Shown: positions 35,724 through 49,200 of the stretch, one piece after another
Numbering within the stretch: position 1 is the first letter of the stretch
How the letters are laid out: the number at the start of each line of letters is the position of its first letter
Source of the DNA: Phoronis australis
Taxonomy: Eukaryota > Animalia > Phoronida
Assembly: GCA_002633005.1 (NCBI GenBank)
Contig: NMRA01000239.1
Location: 62,001-126,000 of the forward strand
DNA: 64,000 nt
Reading direction: 5' to 3'
Notes under the pieces: model-generated
The model's input: the letters and a program-made list of their open reading frames with translations, nothing else
Databases searched by the model: none
Told to the model about the DNA's origin: nothing
Program-made: the position numbers and the translations under genes

Positions 35724-37054
35724 GCCATACCATAAGGCCTTCATATGCTAGAAGATTTTGGGCGAATGATGCCTCATGCTAGCTAAACTGTCAAAGTCAC
35801 ATTGCAGTTTTGCTACATTGATACAAGTACTTTGTGCGCATAGAGGGACACCATTGGAGGCTGTCGAGGTCTTCAATTCCTTCCAACAGAAACAAATACC
35901 ACCATAATCATTTTTTTCGACTAGTGCCGAAGGAAATAGACATCAATGACCATGGCATATAAGTATTCGGTAACCCTCTATGCGCAAAAGGTACTTATAG
36001 CCACTGGCGTCCTCAGCTTTTGACCGTCCCCAATACGTTATATATGTACTGTATTGGGCCATCGGCATTGGGGATGATACAAAGCTGAGGACCCCGGTGC
36101 TTATTGTAGTGAGACGTTATTTGACCCGTGTCACTGCTGCACTGGCCTTCTGCCGCGCGCGCCCTCTGTCGGCATCGAGAGACGACTGCTGTTCGTCTTG
36201 GAGACTGCCAACGTTGGCTGTTCGGCCATATGCAACTTGCCTCGGTGCGCCCCAGCGGTTACTCAGGTGAATGCTGGAGCTATTAAGGCGGTGCCTGGTA
36301 AACATTAGCGTGCTATTCACATAGAAAAAAATGTTCCGCCGGGCCTGGCTTACTAGCCCTACCAATGCGAGATATACCTCAACCGTGCATTTTTTTCAAA
36401 ATTAGTGAGGGTGGTGGTGTTGGGCGACTATAATAACCAAATCAGATAGCACAGAAATAGTAGTATATGGTGGCCGTAAACAATTATACGTCACACTGCA
36501 TTGTAGCAGCGCACGGATGGTAACGGCTATTTCTAAACTTTAATTGTTGTTCAACGATGGCCAGTATAGGAATTGGCATCGTCTTAGAAATCAAAAATAT
36601 GAGTTCTCCGTTACGTTACGGCTCTAATCAAATAAAACGAAGGAGAGTGTAGTGAGACGTTATTTGACCTGTCTCACTGCTGCGCTGGCCGTCTGCCACG
36701 CACGCCATCTGTCGGCATCGAGAGATGACTGCTGTTCGTCTTGGAGACTGCCGACGTTGGCTGTCCTGGCCCATATGCCGGTGATGGCCAATGAGGGCGC
36801 TACATGAATATTCAGCGGCCCTTCTGCGGCCGATAGAAAGGCTGGCGCAAGGACTGGAGCGGGGCTTTACGAATACCGACGATTGAACCCAACCGACTCA
36901 CATATTGACCCTAGGAACCTAGGAGCACCTATAGTGTTATTACAAGGTAAGAGTGACACTTTGCCGGAATTCACTACATGCAATGTGACTTTAATCAGTG
37001 TGAGGCATAATTCGCTGAAAAACTTCAAGACCATGAAGGCCCTGTGGTAATGGC
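35724..37054. mobile_element. Composite foldback-like element with nested hairpins and direct repeats
   Basis: Outer inverted arms at 35724-35805 and 36979-37054, inner hairpins at 35825-35996 and 36002-36099, and ~130-bp direct repeats at 36105-36233 and 36648-36778. Confidence 0.6.
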
Positions 37055-37139
37055 CAACGTCTCTGCTGTTTAGTAGGCCTACAGAGACGGTACACTGACC
37101 ACCACTACGTCTACACTACTACGCTACTACAGCCACTAA

Positions 37140-38210
37140 GCACTTACACCACAGCACCGCCTGGCTGTGGCACAGGTGAGTGACGTCGACTGAAAGTCGA
37201 TGAGCAATTAACCAGTAAATTAAGATGAACAACAATTAAATTTTGTTGTCACAAAGTCACTAACTTGCAAAGATATTTCAACACAATATACGAGATTGTT
37301 AAGTTAGAATAACTCGCTCTAAATCTTACATTTATGTGAAGGTTGTTGTGAAGGTCACTCGAGATTTCACAGCACAAAGATGGAGGGCAGAAACACGTAT
37401 TCGACAACTGGTTGTTATTTAAAAATTAACGATTTTGAGAACTTATAACAAATTATAAATTCACAAAGCGTTGAATTAATGTTTTTAATAACACATAAAT
37501 CTCCTTTGGTTGAAATCACGTCAGCAAAGTCGTTACCAGTGACAAAATCTTTGTCAGTTTGAGGGTGTGTCACGTATAGGAAAGGCGATTGGCGAAGTCA
37601 ATTGAAATGATCTCGCTGGTTCCCTGCGTGCCGCTAGGTGGGGCGGTAGCCGCGCCAGCACGCAGGTATCACTTAAATTTCCTCTGTAAATTTTTTTACA
37701 CCGGCGTTTCTGATTGGCTAGTCGAATTCTCAACAGGCAGCGCTTTGCGCAAACAAACTGGCATGACTGATGGACTGAAGTGTAAATGTGGTCTGTTGTA
37801 CAGACAAATCGGTGCTTAAAATTATGTTCAGGAAATGTGAAGCCTAGAAATTGTAATATTGAGCCTTTTCGGAATACATCTTTTGACTGTCGATGACTTT
37901 TGTTTACGATAGTGTCCTTATACAGTATGAATAACACACCGGTTAAATCGGCCACATAATATGTGTTTATTGTGCATGTATGTGCTTCAAGCACGCGGCC
38001 ATTAAACATCACTTCAGAAACGACAAGGCTAAACTTCGTTCACAGTCCGCCATTTTTTCACGGTGTTGTAAAGCTAACCAATGACTGCCAAGATTACATC
38101 GACCAATGCTAAAGCACGTGCCACTAGGTGATACCTGCGTGCTGGCTGGGCTAAGCACGCAGGGAACCAGCAAGTTGAAATGATTTGACCTATTTATCAT
38201 GACGTCACCG
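37140..38210 (-). promoter_or_regulatory. Putative distal promoter and non-coding first exon(s) of aldolase 1
   Basis: An acceptor 9 nt upstream of the ATG implies an upstream exon. Minus-strand donors GTAAGT at 37147 and GTAAGA at 37329. CCAAT boxes near 37588 and 37713, a GC box near 37641, multiple RCGTG sites, and a CRE at 38200-38207. Confidence 0.5.
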
Positions 38211-39019
38211 GTGGTTTTAAATATGACCGGCTTCATTTCGTCATTTTAATGTATTAAAATACATTTTTGGCCGCCTGGTTGCTATCTTTTGACAAAAGTT
38301 TTAGCTTGGAGATCCAACTGAAAACAGTGGCAGAGATTATCTTTGTCAGTGAAACTTTAGAAATTAGCTTTTGAGAGTATTAACAAACCGAAGAAGAACA
38401 CGAGCTTGGCAACTTTCACTACTCAAGTGTAACAGGAGTGCCCTGGACATGATTATGTAACAACGGGGGCGGTATCTACGACCAAGGCGCCCCGATTTTA
38501 CGAGCCCGGTGCGGACTGAGGGTGATATTGAAAACTAAAAGTTACAAAAGGAAAACCTCACTGCAGACTATCTGATATCTAAAGTAGTTGCTTGCTTCAG
38601 TAAGCCTAGTTGTTATACCAGAGAAAAGACTGCACGCAGTAATTAACAAAGGAGACGGATCATTGAGGTAAGATCCGGTTTCTCTAGTGAAAATAGAGAA
38701 GGCCAAGCTTGTTGTGAACTTGACTTCAGGGGGACGGGGTGTTGTGGCGGCGAGTGTGGGGGTGGAGAGTTTTCAGTAGACTGCTGTGACCAATTGTGGG
38801 GTGTTGTGAAGTTCAAGTGTAGGGTATTTGTTGCCCGTGCTGTTGTGGTATGGTGTGGCACCTAAATACACGTTTTTATTGACATTTATCGGAGCTGGAG
38901 ACCCCTATAAAATTATGACACGGAACGAGGAAAATCGAGACGAGGAAATATGTAGAGAGCCAGGGTGGCCGGGTCTCATACGCATAGACATGCGCAAGCC
39001 GTTCGTGTGGGACCATTGT

Positions 39020-39195
39020 ACTCATGACCTGGTACATGCATTTTCATATGCTTTATTTTTTATAAAAACCGCTCTAGGAGCTAAAGACTGCCGCACTCAA
39101 TGGTCTGTGCCCCAGTCTCTCGGAACCCACGACCTTGCAGTAAAGGAAGCGGACACCTACATGTATCACACTAGGCCACACGGCTGCCTCCTCTA
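39020..39195 (-). mobile_element. Degenerate tRNA-derived SINE-like sequence
   Basis: Minus strand shows A-box-like TGGCCTAGTGTG and B-box-like GGTCGTGGGTTCCGA; no intact cloverleaf. Confidence 0.3.
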
Positions 39196-39959
39196 AACAA
39201 TGAATTAACATATTCGTTGTTTTGGATTGATGATTTTGCCGTGCTGAACGTCCAAGTTTAAATTTTTTAACGCGCGTGAAAAGTTAATTTGTGAAATAAA
39301 ACTATTATCAGACCAAGAAACACCCCGGCATTATCAGGCCGAATTCCAAACTGAGGAACATTTCCTTTTGACCTTGAGTTCAAAATTCACGCCACGCAAA
39401 ATGGATGGCACTGGCAATGGACCAGTTTCAATACCCTCTTTGCGGCAATATGATAGATCCAATAAAGAGGTATGGTGGAGGTCAAATTTCTGGATTCTGA
39501 GGAAGAATGAAAAATTAAAACAAAAATTCTTCGCCCGGGTCTGAGAGCCCCAGCCCCCTTCTAAATAATACATCAATCATTATACACTCAAATGTAACCA
39601 GTTACAGGCGCAAAAAATACCGATACAGTTTGGCGCTTTTGAAGTTTGTGGATTTTCAACTGAATGGGAAATTCACAGCGAAATAATGAGAAAACTCCTC
39701 ATATTTTTAGTACAAAAACCTGAAAATTGTACAACTTTGCTTCTTGTGGCAGCGTATTATCAAAATGTAATATACTTAAATCTTCACCGATTACAAAGTA
39801 GCCGGTTGAAAGTTTATTTCAGTTCAGCAAACTTAAGTTTTCGGTGTGGAAATGAAATAACGGGAATTGGGAGCACTTTAATCACTCCAAAAGGTTACAT
39901 CTGCGTGACTAAGTTCTGTTGAAAACAGTCCAATCGTACAAAATAGTAAGGCAAAGGTA

Positions 39960-40150
39960 GGTCTTTCACCGTAAAATATTGGTGAAAATAATTTATACGC
40001 AATTCTAAACTCGACATAAACCCAGAAGAAACGCATTGTTAGCTTTTATATTGGCACGATGATAGCACTCATTTTATTCTATGGAACAGAAATATGGGGT
40101 ACTTGCCATAGAAAAGAAATTGAAAATTTGTGTAAATGGTTACTATCTAC
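39960..40150 (+). mobile_element. Decayed LINE fragment (post-RT region)
   Basis: MIALILFYGTEIWGTCHRKEIENLCKW resembles the (P)ILxYGxEIWG motif that follows LINE RT domains. Confidence 0.55.
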
Positions 40151-41215
40151 TGGTATTAAGACGACCAACGCCATGGCAAAGGGAAAGTGGCCGTCATGAT
40201 GACTCTGTGTAGGCCGATTAAATACGGCGGTCTCGCCGGGTCGACAAAACCCTCTGGTTTCATATAGTCACACGTTTTCGAAACAAAAGATAGTTGTGGG
40301 AACGTGTTGAATGATGCTGCAAGCGTAAAAAATAATACCTCGCATCCGCTCACCCAGACGTTCTCGTTTGACTGCAAGGAAAACAATGCCCATTCCTTGC
40401 ACTCACGCCAAATTTTTTTCTCCACGCATTAATATTGGGAAAAGGCTCCATTGGCACATTCTTCCATTTGCCTTTTAAATCGACCCCACTGACTTCGAGC
40501 ACATGCTTCTAGATAAACGAGCTTCAATCTTAGAAAATTATAATGATGCGGGAAGAAATGAAAACATGTAAGAACACTGTCGCGAAAACGCGTCATATTC
40601 GCCATGTCACCATGATGGTCTAAAATTCACTGAGGTAGCTATCCAGCTTTGCTGGCCCAATTCAGACGCTGGTACTGTCTATCAGGTAGCCAACTTCACG
40701 CTTAACAGAGACTCCAAAAATTTCGTCTCCCAACCAAAGTCTATTGACACTTGCGGGCACGAAAAAGTTTTGTGCCTCTCGCCACTTCCGTTTCGGTCCA
40801 ATAGGCAAAGTTCCAAGGTATGACACAAATAAGTCTAGTGCATTGTGAAACATGTCTATCAAGAGATCCTTCTCGAATTATTAGCCTGCATCATTCCAGT
40901 ATTTGTGAATTGTTCAATATGTAGACGCTTCCCCTCACCAAGCCACGAATATTGACCAATCAGACTATTTTAATGTATAATTTTTGGATAGCTGCACAAT
41001 TACATTGTAAAAACTTTTGTAGCGAAGTGGGAAAGCCAAAGATTCCTCAGGAGCTTCGACGAAACATGACATAAATCTAAAGTTTCCATTTCACCAGACA
41101 ATTTGCGGTCATTGTTTCTGTATTTGTTTATTTAAGGTAAACCATTTTTGCCGTGCAAAAGTCATAATCACAAACTCTGTCCAGCAACAACTTTCTCATT
41201 GTCTCCCACAATTAT

Positions 41216-44200
41216 TTAATATTGATGATTAGCTTGGAACAAGGATTGGTCAGCTGCTGTGCCTTTCATTCCGCCACTGTATTTACCCAAAGAGGCGTCA
41301 CCATTCGCCTGAAACATACACATAACATATACTATTTTAGATAGCTATACTAGACGAATTGGGAGAGTTTCAACAATTCTTATTAATAAGTTAGGTGTGT
41401 ATGGATACACTCCATTAAGATGAGAAAATAACTGGTTGTGTTCTGCGGGCTTTGTCATGAAGTCTGAAGGGATGACAACACTTTTGCGTCATACGAACCA
41501 GTTTATGTTTTAGAGAGAGAGGAGACAGTGTGGCTCAAAGGTTTGAGCTCTGGACTCCCGTTTGGGAGACCCTGGTTGACAATCGAGCATTGCACAAAGG
41601 TTCCTGCTCCACTCGAAATTCTGTCTTATTCGTGAATGTATGCAAAAGCGTGAAGAGGAACCTGGATATAATGCGAAAGGGATTTCCGGGGCTGTACTCA
41701 TATTTTTGTGTTTTAGTCACAATTGTGTATTTTTGAGAAATTTTAACTGTCGTCTTACATCTAAACACGAAAAGTTATTTCTGATCAACACACTCACCGT
41801 TTTTCAACCCTCAGATCAACATCATCAAAGTTATACTTTTAAGAAACAGTAGATTCACATCACTTTGTAATTTAGCTCAGTGTTAATTTAGTCCAAAATG
41901 TGGTAGACTGTTTAGGGGAAAGTTAACCGCCGCATCCGATTCTGCGTTCAAACCCAACCAAATCTTTATTTTTTGCTCCAGGAATCCTTAAGTTATGTGT
42001 TTGCATGATGCACTCAGCGAGTCCTACCTTAGCCCTCTTCAACAGCTCGTCTTGTCCTGCTTTCACATTGGCGGGTTTTCCTTGCCAGGCTTTCAACACG
42101 CTAGCCTGGAGGGCCCGTCCATAAGAGAAGGTTAGAGCCCAGGGCCTCTTAGTGTCCAGTTTGTTCATGCCATCGAGATTCACCGTGGCTTCTTCTTCAG
42201 ACTGACCGCCAGATAGGAACGTGATCCCTAGCCAAAACATAAATAGCGGCATACCTTATATTAAAGCCGAACATGAGAGTCGAAATGCTACTGTTAAAAG
42301 AGGCATGTCGCCCTGTTTTAGCTCGCTAAAAACTTAAAATCGAATTTGGACTTTTACGCTCATAAAATTGGTCTCGTGATACTTCTTACCGTGATAGGAT
42401 TCTATGATTACCAAGAACATTGGAATCGACCAGCGACTCGTACAAACGCTTCAGAGTCAGTTGGTTATTTGGGTTAAAGTGGCTTAGAACGCGAAAACAG
42501 ACTAGAATTGCGTTATCCAAAGTGGTTCTCTGCCATTAAAACCGAAGTCAAACGATTCACCAGGTATTTTTACCGTTTGTTCGTAAAGATTTTGAATTTC
42601 TGTTGATGGCAAAGCGTTTTCCTTTAGTATTAAAAAAACGATCTGTCACTTCGTTGATTTTCTCCCAGAAAGCAACGCACGTCTCCTTATTTGGTAAAAC
42701 AAGACATAAACGTAGCACCTTTCCCTTATATGGAAAACTTGACCTTTGACCTTTGATGTAAACAAAGCAATTATAAATTTGGGAAATGTTTACTGGACAC
42801 GTCTTTGAACGCATGCGCGCATACATATTATTAGAGGCGGAGAATGAGAGTTTATATTTTGTATATGTTTCAAACATTGTAAATCTGATTTTTCTAAAAA
42901 TTCTTGCAATATTACATAGGCGGCGCACCATAGGGGGCTGGGGGGCACTATAGCCCTCATTTTTTTCAGTGGTACGGGGCCCATGGTCTGTAGGCGGTAC
43001 ACCACAGGGGAGCTGGATGGCTTTAGCCCCCACATTTTTCAGTGCTGCGCCGCCCATGTATTAGAAGTGAATAACTCTCACATTAGCACCCCCAACAAGA
43101 TTGTCCAAGAGCTGTTTAAAAGGTATTTTTAACGAGTTTTCGCGCTCCATGCCTCTTTAAAGATGTGAATTCGAAAATGGCGCATTCTCGCGTTGCCTGT
43201 GATTTGAGTTACACACACACATCATAGGCGGATTTAGGGGGGAGCCCAGGGGGCCCGGGCCCCCCCCCCTTGGCTGCCGCAAAAAATAATAAAACAGTAA
43301 GAGCGTAGGGAAATGGTGAGTTTATTAATTAACCCCAGTAATTAAAATTATACGGATGAAAAAAGATTTAAATGTATGCAGTTTTAGTGTTGGGGGGGGG
43401 GNNNNNNNNNNNNNNNNNNNNNNNNNNNNNNNNNNNNNNNNNNNNNNNNNNNNNNNNNNNNNNNNNNNNNNNNNNNNNNNNNNNNNNNNNNNNNNNNNNN
43501 NNNNNNNNNNNNNNNNNNNNNNNNNNNNNNNNNNNNNNNNNNNNNNNNNNNNNNNNNNNNNNNNNNNNNNNNNNNNNNNNNNNNNNNNNNNNNNNNNNNN
43601 NNNNNNNNNNNNNNNNNNNNNNNNNNNNNNNNNNNNNNNNNNNNNNNNNNNNNNNNNNNNNNNNNNNNNNNNNNNNNNNNNNNNNNNNNNNNNNNNNNNN
43701 NNNNNNNNNNNNNNNNNNNNNNNNNNNNNNNNNNNNNNNNNNNNNNNNNNNNNNNNNNNNNNNNNNNNNNNNNNNNNNNNNNNNNNNNNNNNNNNNNNNN
43801 NNNNNNNNNNNNNNNNNNNNNNNNNNNNNNNNNNNNNNNNNNNNNNNNNNNNNNNNNNNNNNNNNNNNNNNNNNNACCTCCCCCCATTCGGTGCTATGCG
43901 CATCTACAATCGTGGTTCAGTTTGCGCAAATGCTTACAGCCGGACAAAATGTTGGGCCCCCCCTTGTGATATCCTAGATCCGCCACTGCACATGAGCGCG
44001 CGTGCGCGCGCACACACACGCACATAGACACATATATATGCGCGTGTGTGTGTATATGTATATGTATGTGAATCGATATTTTTACAACGAAGTGCAACCC
44101 GGTGACAAAAGTCAGTTGCTTTTCGACAGCAGGAATTTTCGAAAAGCAACTGATCAGACAGCCTCGATCATTTGACTTAACTGGTTCGGAGTTTGTTTCT

Positions 44201-46244
44201 CAGTTCAGAACACTTGAACAGAGGGAAACGCAATTAGTGTGGTAGTCTGGTGGTGGCGGAGGTAGTGAGTGGTGGACGCACCTGGTACAGCACAGGGAAC
44301 AGTGCGCTGCAGGGCCGTCACTGTCGCCCGGGCAATTTGTTCTGTTTTGTACTTCTTGGAGCAGGACTGTCCAGCGGTGACCATGTTGGGCTTAAGTAGT
44401 GTTCCCTCCAGATAGACGTTGTGCACCATCAGAGCACGGTAGACGTACGACAGGACGTTCTCGGTGACCCGTTGAGCTGTCTCCAGGTCGTGATCTCCAT
44501 CTGGCAAGACTTCCGGCTCAACTATTGGCACAATGCAGTTCTGCGAAAATTAGGTAAAATTCAAGTTATAGCCCATTATAAAATTTTTGACTGATAAAAT
44601 ACTCGAATCTTTTTTGACATAATGTGCCAAAAATGTGAAAACGTGATTGCTTTTCTTTTCAGAAGTAGCCACGCTAACAACTTGTTCCAATTATAGTAGG
44701 CCCTAACTAGTTCTTGGCCGATAACTCATAGGACGACGGTACTTAATTTAGAAATGCGTCGCTCAAAACGTTCAACGTCTCAAACGTTGTGCAAACTACA
44801 AACGAAGGCAGCCAATTTCCATTTGCAGCCACTTCCCAGATACGTACTTGTTGACAGATGCTAGCATATCTAGCTAGAACATTAGCATTCTCCAACATGG
44901 CTTGGTGGGACGGCGTGTGACCTCTGATCTTGAGCACGCAACGCCATTTGGCAAAATCGGCGCCATCTTTCTTATACTGGGCACACCTATCGCTGAGACC
45001 ATCCAAACCTGAAAAGGTTGCGAAAAGTAGCCTAGGTCTGTTAACCAAATGATGTGGGTGACATTCATTTGTGACAAATAAGCCAAGGCTTAACAAGCAT
45101 CATGGTGACTACCTCTCAAATAATTCGAAGAAAAGTCAAGGAATACTTAATGTGCAATTTATTTAAAGGGCAAAAAGAACAGTTTTTCCGGTAAAAGCAA
45201 ACATTATTGCATGAATTAATTTCAAAACATAGTTATGCAATACTATGACATTTTCTAACACTACAAATAATTCGAGATGTTCCCGAAAGTTACCTTGCGT
45301 GGTACACTCATCGTCAGTTCCGGCTAGTTTGACTACGCCCTTGTCCACTTTAATGCCAGGTATAATGCCCAAGTCCTTAAGAACTTTCGGAAACGGTGTT
45401 CCATCATCAGTCTTTTGGTACAAAGTCTCGTGAAATAAGATAACACCACTGATGTTGTTGGCTACACTTTTATCAGCCGTGAATAGCAGCTGTCGATAGA
45501 GACGGCGATTCTCTTCTGAGTTTTCTAATCCGATGTTGTTGAATCGCTTGCCAATCGTTCCTAGCCAGATATTTAACATACATTGATGAAAATCTTTTTA
45601 CATATGTAGAGTAGTTGACAATTGTGCAATTTTTAAAATCTCTCCAAACACTGAAAGTTGCCGATTTCGATCTAGGCCTACGGTAATTCAATGTTAGCAA
45701 CTTAGCAAATCACAGAGGCAACATTTAAAATCCAAACTCAAAAGTTATTTTGTCTACCTGATAATTGACAGACGAGGCTAAACTTAATAATTTTGAGTCT
45801 GTGCGTGCGAGTCTGGGACGGAGCTCTTACGTAAGACTTGCTGCTCACTTGGTTGACTTCACCAACGAGTTTCCCGTCGAACCTTCTCTGACGACCATCG
45901 AGACGCATAATTTTGAGGTTGAATCATTTCAAAAGAAAAAGGCCCATCTTCAAGAGAACTATGCAGTCGGGTTTCGTCTTCGGGGGTTTTAATAGTGTTT
46001 AAATAAATATACGTGAAGTTAAGTAACCTCAAAAGGGTTATGTTATGGTAAAAAATATTCGAAAGAATGATTTTTTTCACGATCCCCTCCCGCCACCTCT
46101 CCTCCCAACAAATGTGTTTTACGGTAAATTACCTTGAGATTCATCGGCTGCTAAAATGCCCTTCCCAGGTGCAACAATCCTTTTGGCTATGCTTGCTAGT
46201 TCTTTTTCTTGCTCGGGAGATAAATATTGGTAGAAGCGGGGCAT
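41216..46244 (-). CDS. ALDO: Fructose-bisphosphate aldolase class I, paralog 2, 6 coding exons, 363 aa
   Basis: Exons 46244-46133, 45560-45294, 45008-44848, 44540-44282, 42227-42028, 41308-41216 (1092 nt). Starts [38 protein letters not shown], has all catalytic motifs, and ends SLFQANHQY. Same intron positions as paralog 1. Confidence 0.95.
42915..43058. mobile_element. Small MITE with CAT...ATG termini
   Basis: TIR CATAGGCGGCGCA / TGCGCCGCCCATG flanked by a TATTA direct repeat. A relative lies at 49521-49590. Confidence 0.6.
43402..43875. other. Assembly gap (N run) inside an aldolase 2 intron
   Basis: 474 consecutive N. Confidence 0.99.
43995..44070. repeat. Compound microsatellite (CG/CA/TA)
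   Basis: Runs of GCGCGCACACACAC, TATATATG and GTGTGTGTATATGTATATG. Confidence 0.7.
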
Positions 46245-49200
46245 TGTGATAAGCTATGGAAACAAAAAATTTACTGAAGAGAAATGAATTTGTCGTCACA
46301 GATATAAGTTTACTGCGTCATAATGGATTAAAAAATTCTGATGTCAAAAACAAAAAATGCAAACAGCGAAAACAGATTTAGTGCGTTGCCTGCAGTTGTT
46401 TTCATAACAGTGACAGTTTGTGACTAATTTGACTCGAACATTCTGCTGTTCAATCAACGGTCGTTACTAATTTGATTTGATCATATATTAAAAGTCACTT
46501 TTTATACTCTGCACACTTTTTGTTTTTTAACATAATAAAGGTATGTATACGCAATGTCATCAATCCTATTTTAATCCGGGGTGCAAGGGTTTTTCAATTT
46601 TTGTCACCTGGGTGAAATTATTTTACGGTTTTCCGTGCGGAATTTTTTTAAAACTTGTAATTCGGTCTCATTGAAAACTCTACGCGCGTAGTTTGTCTGG
46701 CATATTCTTTTTCGTGTTCCGTGTTTAAGCTATTTCATAAACTCAATTATTTGTTAAATCTTCTTGATTTTGGTGGTTTCGATAAGCTACTTACATCGTC
46801 ACCATGTGAGCACTTCTAAAGCCGACGTATACGATTATCGGCATTTTGAAGGCCACAAATGTATTGGCTGCGCGAGGAGTGTGATCCGAATGTTTCTGCT
46901 AAGATGAGAACTGTACCACCTGTGCTACATTCAGTGCTGCGCCAGCCATGTTTCGTTGTAGGCTTAAAAAACTTGATGAGCAAGCAAAGGAACCGGCAGA
47001 CGACTGCTGATTATATGGAGAAGTTTAGTAATTCCTCTATTCAATAAAACTTCACAATGTTAAAATTTTCTTTAATCGAATAATATCAAATTAAGCACTT
47101 GAATGAACGTGGAAACCCATCCCCACCTCTTTCCACACCATTAGTTACATTTTAGTAAATCCAAAAAAAGTAAATTAAAACACATTTGTTTTGAAAGCGG
47201 AGGCTACCTTTTTAAAAGCTAAATTAAGTTTTATATTCTGAGTAACTAAACTGGAGAAATCAATGAACTCCAGAACTCCTGAGTATTCCACTGGTGATAT
47301 TCATTCACACAATAAGAATGACACACATCTAAGTCTAACGAGAAGAAAAGAAACACAAGTGAAAAATATTTTTACAAGTATATTTTATCATGGTGATGGA
47401 TTGATATTACAAGTTCCTGTATTCTAATACAACTCAAAATAACTACACAGGATTTTCCATCTGGAACTATAAGGCAGAGTCAAATCGAAGACTTTACACT
47501 TCTCTTTTGCATAAAAGCTGCTACAACGGACTGTCAAAAACAACAAAACTGGGGTCTGTTCCATGAAAAGTGACTTAAGACTAAAGACAGAAATTTAGTC
47601 TTATGCTCCTTATTCACACTTATTGAACTAACGATTAGCATTGTTATTATTAGTAGATCACAACTTAAAATAAATTGTACACACTATCTCAATTGCAAGA
47701 AGTTATGGGTATATTCTCAGAGAATTTATGTTTTTGTCAAAGTGAGATTTGAAAATTTTTCAGAAACAGTTGTGTGGAGCATAAGACCACATTTCATGCG
47801 CGCACCCAGGGGGGGCTCGAATTTCTGTCAAAGTGGACCTTTTGCTAACAAAAAAGCGGGAGGACTGAAAACAAAAACAGGGTACCACCTTAAAGTCTGT
47901 GAACTGCACTTCTGCGCCTTTTTAGTGGAATTTTGTCTCGTTTTCTCGGACCTTTTTACCGACTTCGCCAAATGGGGGGNATAATTTTGAGGTTGAATCA
48001 TTTCAAAAGAAAAAAGGCCCATCTTCAAGAGAAGTATGCAGTCGGGTTTCGTCTTGGGGGTTTTAATAGTGTTTAAATGGTTGACTCACTCTGAGCTCCA
48101 TAAATAAATATACGTGAAGTTAAGTAACCTCAAAAGGGTTATGTTATGGTAAAAAAATATTCGAAAGAATGATTTTGTTCACGAGAACCTCCCCCCCACC
48201 TCTCCTCCCAACAAATGTGTTTTACGGTAAATTACCTTGAGATTCATCGGCTGCTAAAATGCCCTTCCCAGGTGCAACAATCCTTTTGGCTATGCTTGCT
48301 AGTTCTTTTTCTTGCTCGGCAGATAAATATTGGTAGAAGCGGGGCATTGTGATAAGCTATGGAAACAAAAAATTTACTGAAGAGAAATGAATTTGTCGTC
48401 ACAGATATAAGTTTACTGCGTCATAATGGATGAAAAATTCTGATGTCAAAAACAAAAAATGCAAACACAGATTTAGTGCGTTGCCTGCAGTTGTTTTCAT
48501 AACATTCAGTTTGTGACTAATTTGACTCAAACATTCTGCTGTTCAATCAACGGTCGTTACTAATTTGATTTGATCATATATTAAAAGTCACACTTTTTAT
48601 ACTTTGCACACTTTTTGTTTTTTAACATGATAAAAGTATGTATACGCAATGTCATCAATTCTATTTTAATCCGGGGTGCAAGGGTTTTTCAATTTTTGTC
48701 ACCCGGGTGAAATTATTTTACGGTTTTCCTTGCGGAATATTTTTTTAAACTTGTAATTCGGTCTCATTGAAAACTTTACGCGCGTAGTTTGTCTGGCATA
48801 TTCTTTTTCGTGTTTCGTGTTTAAGCTATTTCATAAACTCAATTATTAATTAAATCTTCTTGATATTGGTGGTTTCGATAAGCTACTTACATCGTTCCCA
48901 TGTGAGCACTTCTAAAGCCAACGTATATGATTATCGGCATTTTGAAGGCCACAAATGTATTGGCTCCGCGAGGAGTGTGATCCGAATGTTTCTGCTAAGA
49001 TGAGAACTGTACCACAACAGACTAAAATACAGAATAGACATACTGGCAAAATATTTTCATTAACACTTCAGCTATTTTTTTCTGTTCTATTCAGAAAAGT
49101 TTTTAATATTTCCTTTTTCAAACCCACAGCGATATTTCCCCGTTCCCAAATTCTCCTCACCCACAGACACCCAGCTGATAATCCCGTGTCCCAGTGTTCC

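Noticed and set aside
43325-44027. Long ORFs in the ORF track
   Set aside because: Artefacts of translating the N gap.
48236-48347. Mutually exclusive first coding exon of aldolase 2
   Set aside because: Inside the single-N duplication, with equally similar flanking non-coding sequence; allelic rather than paralogous.
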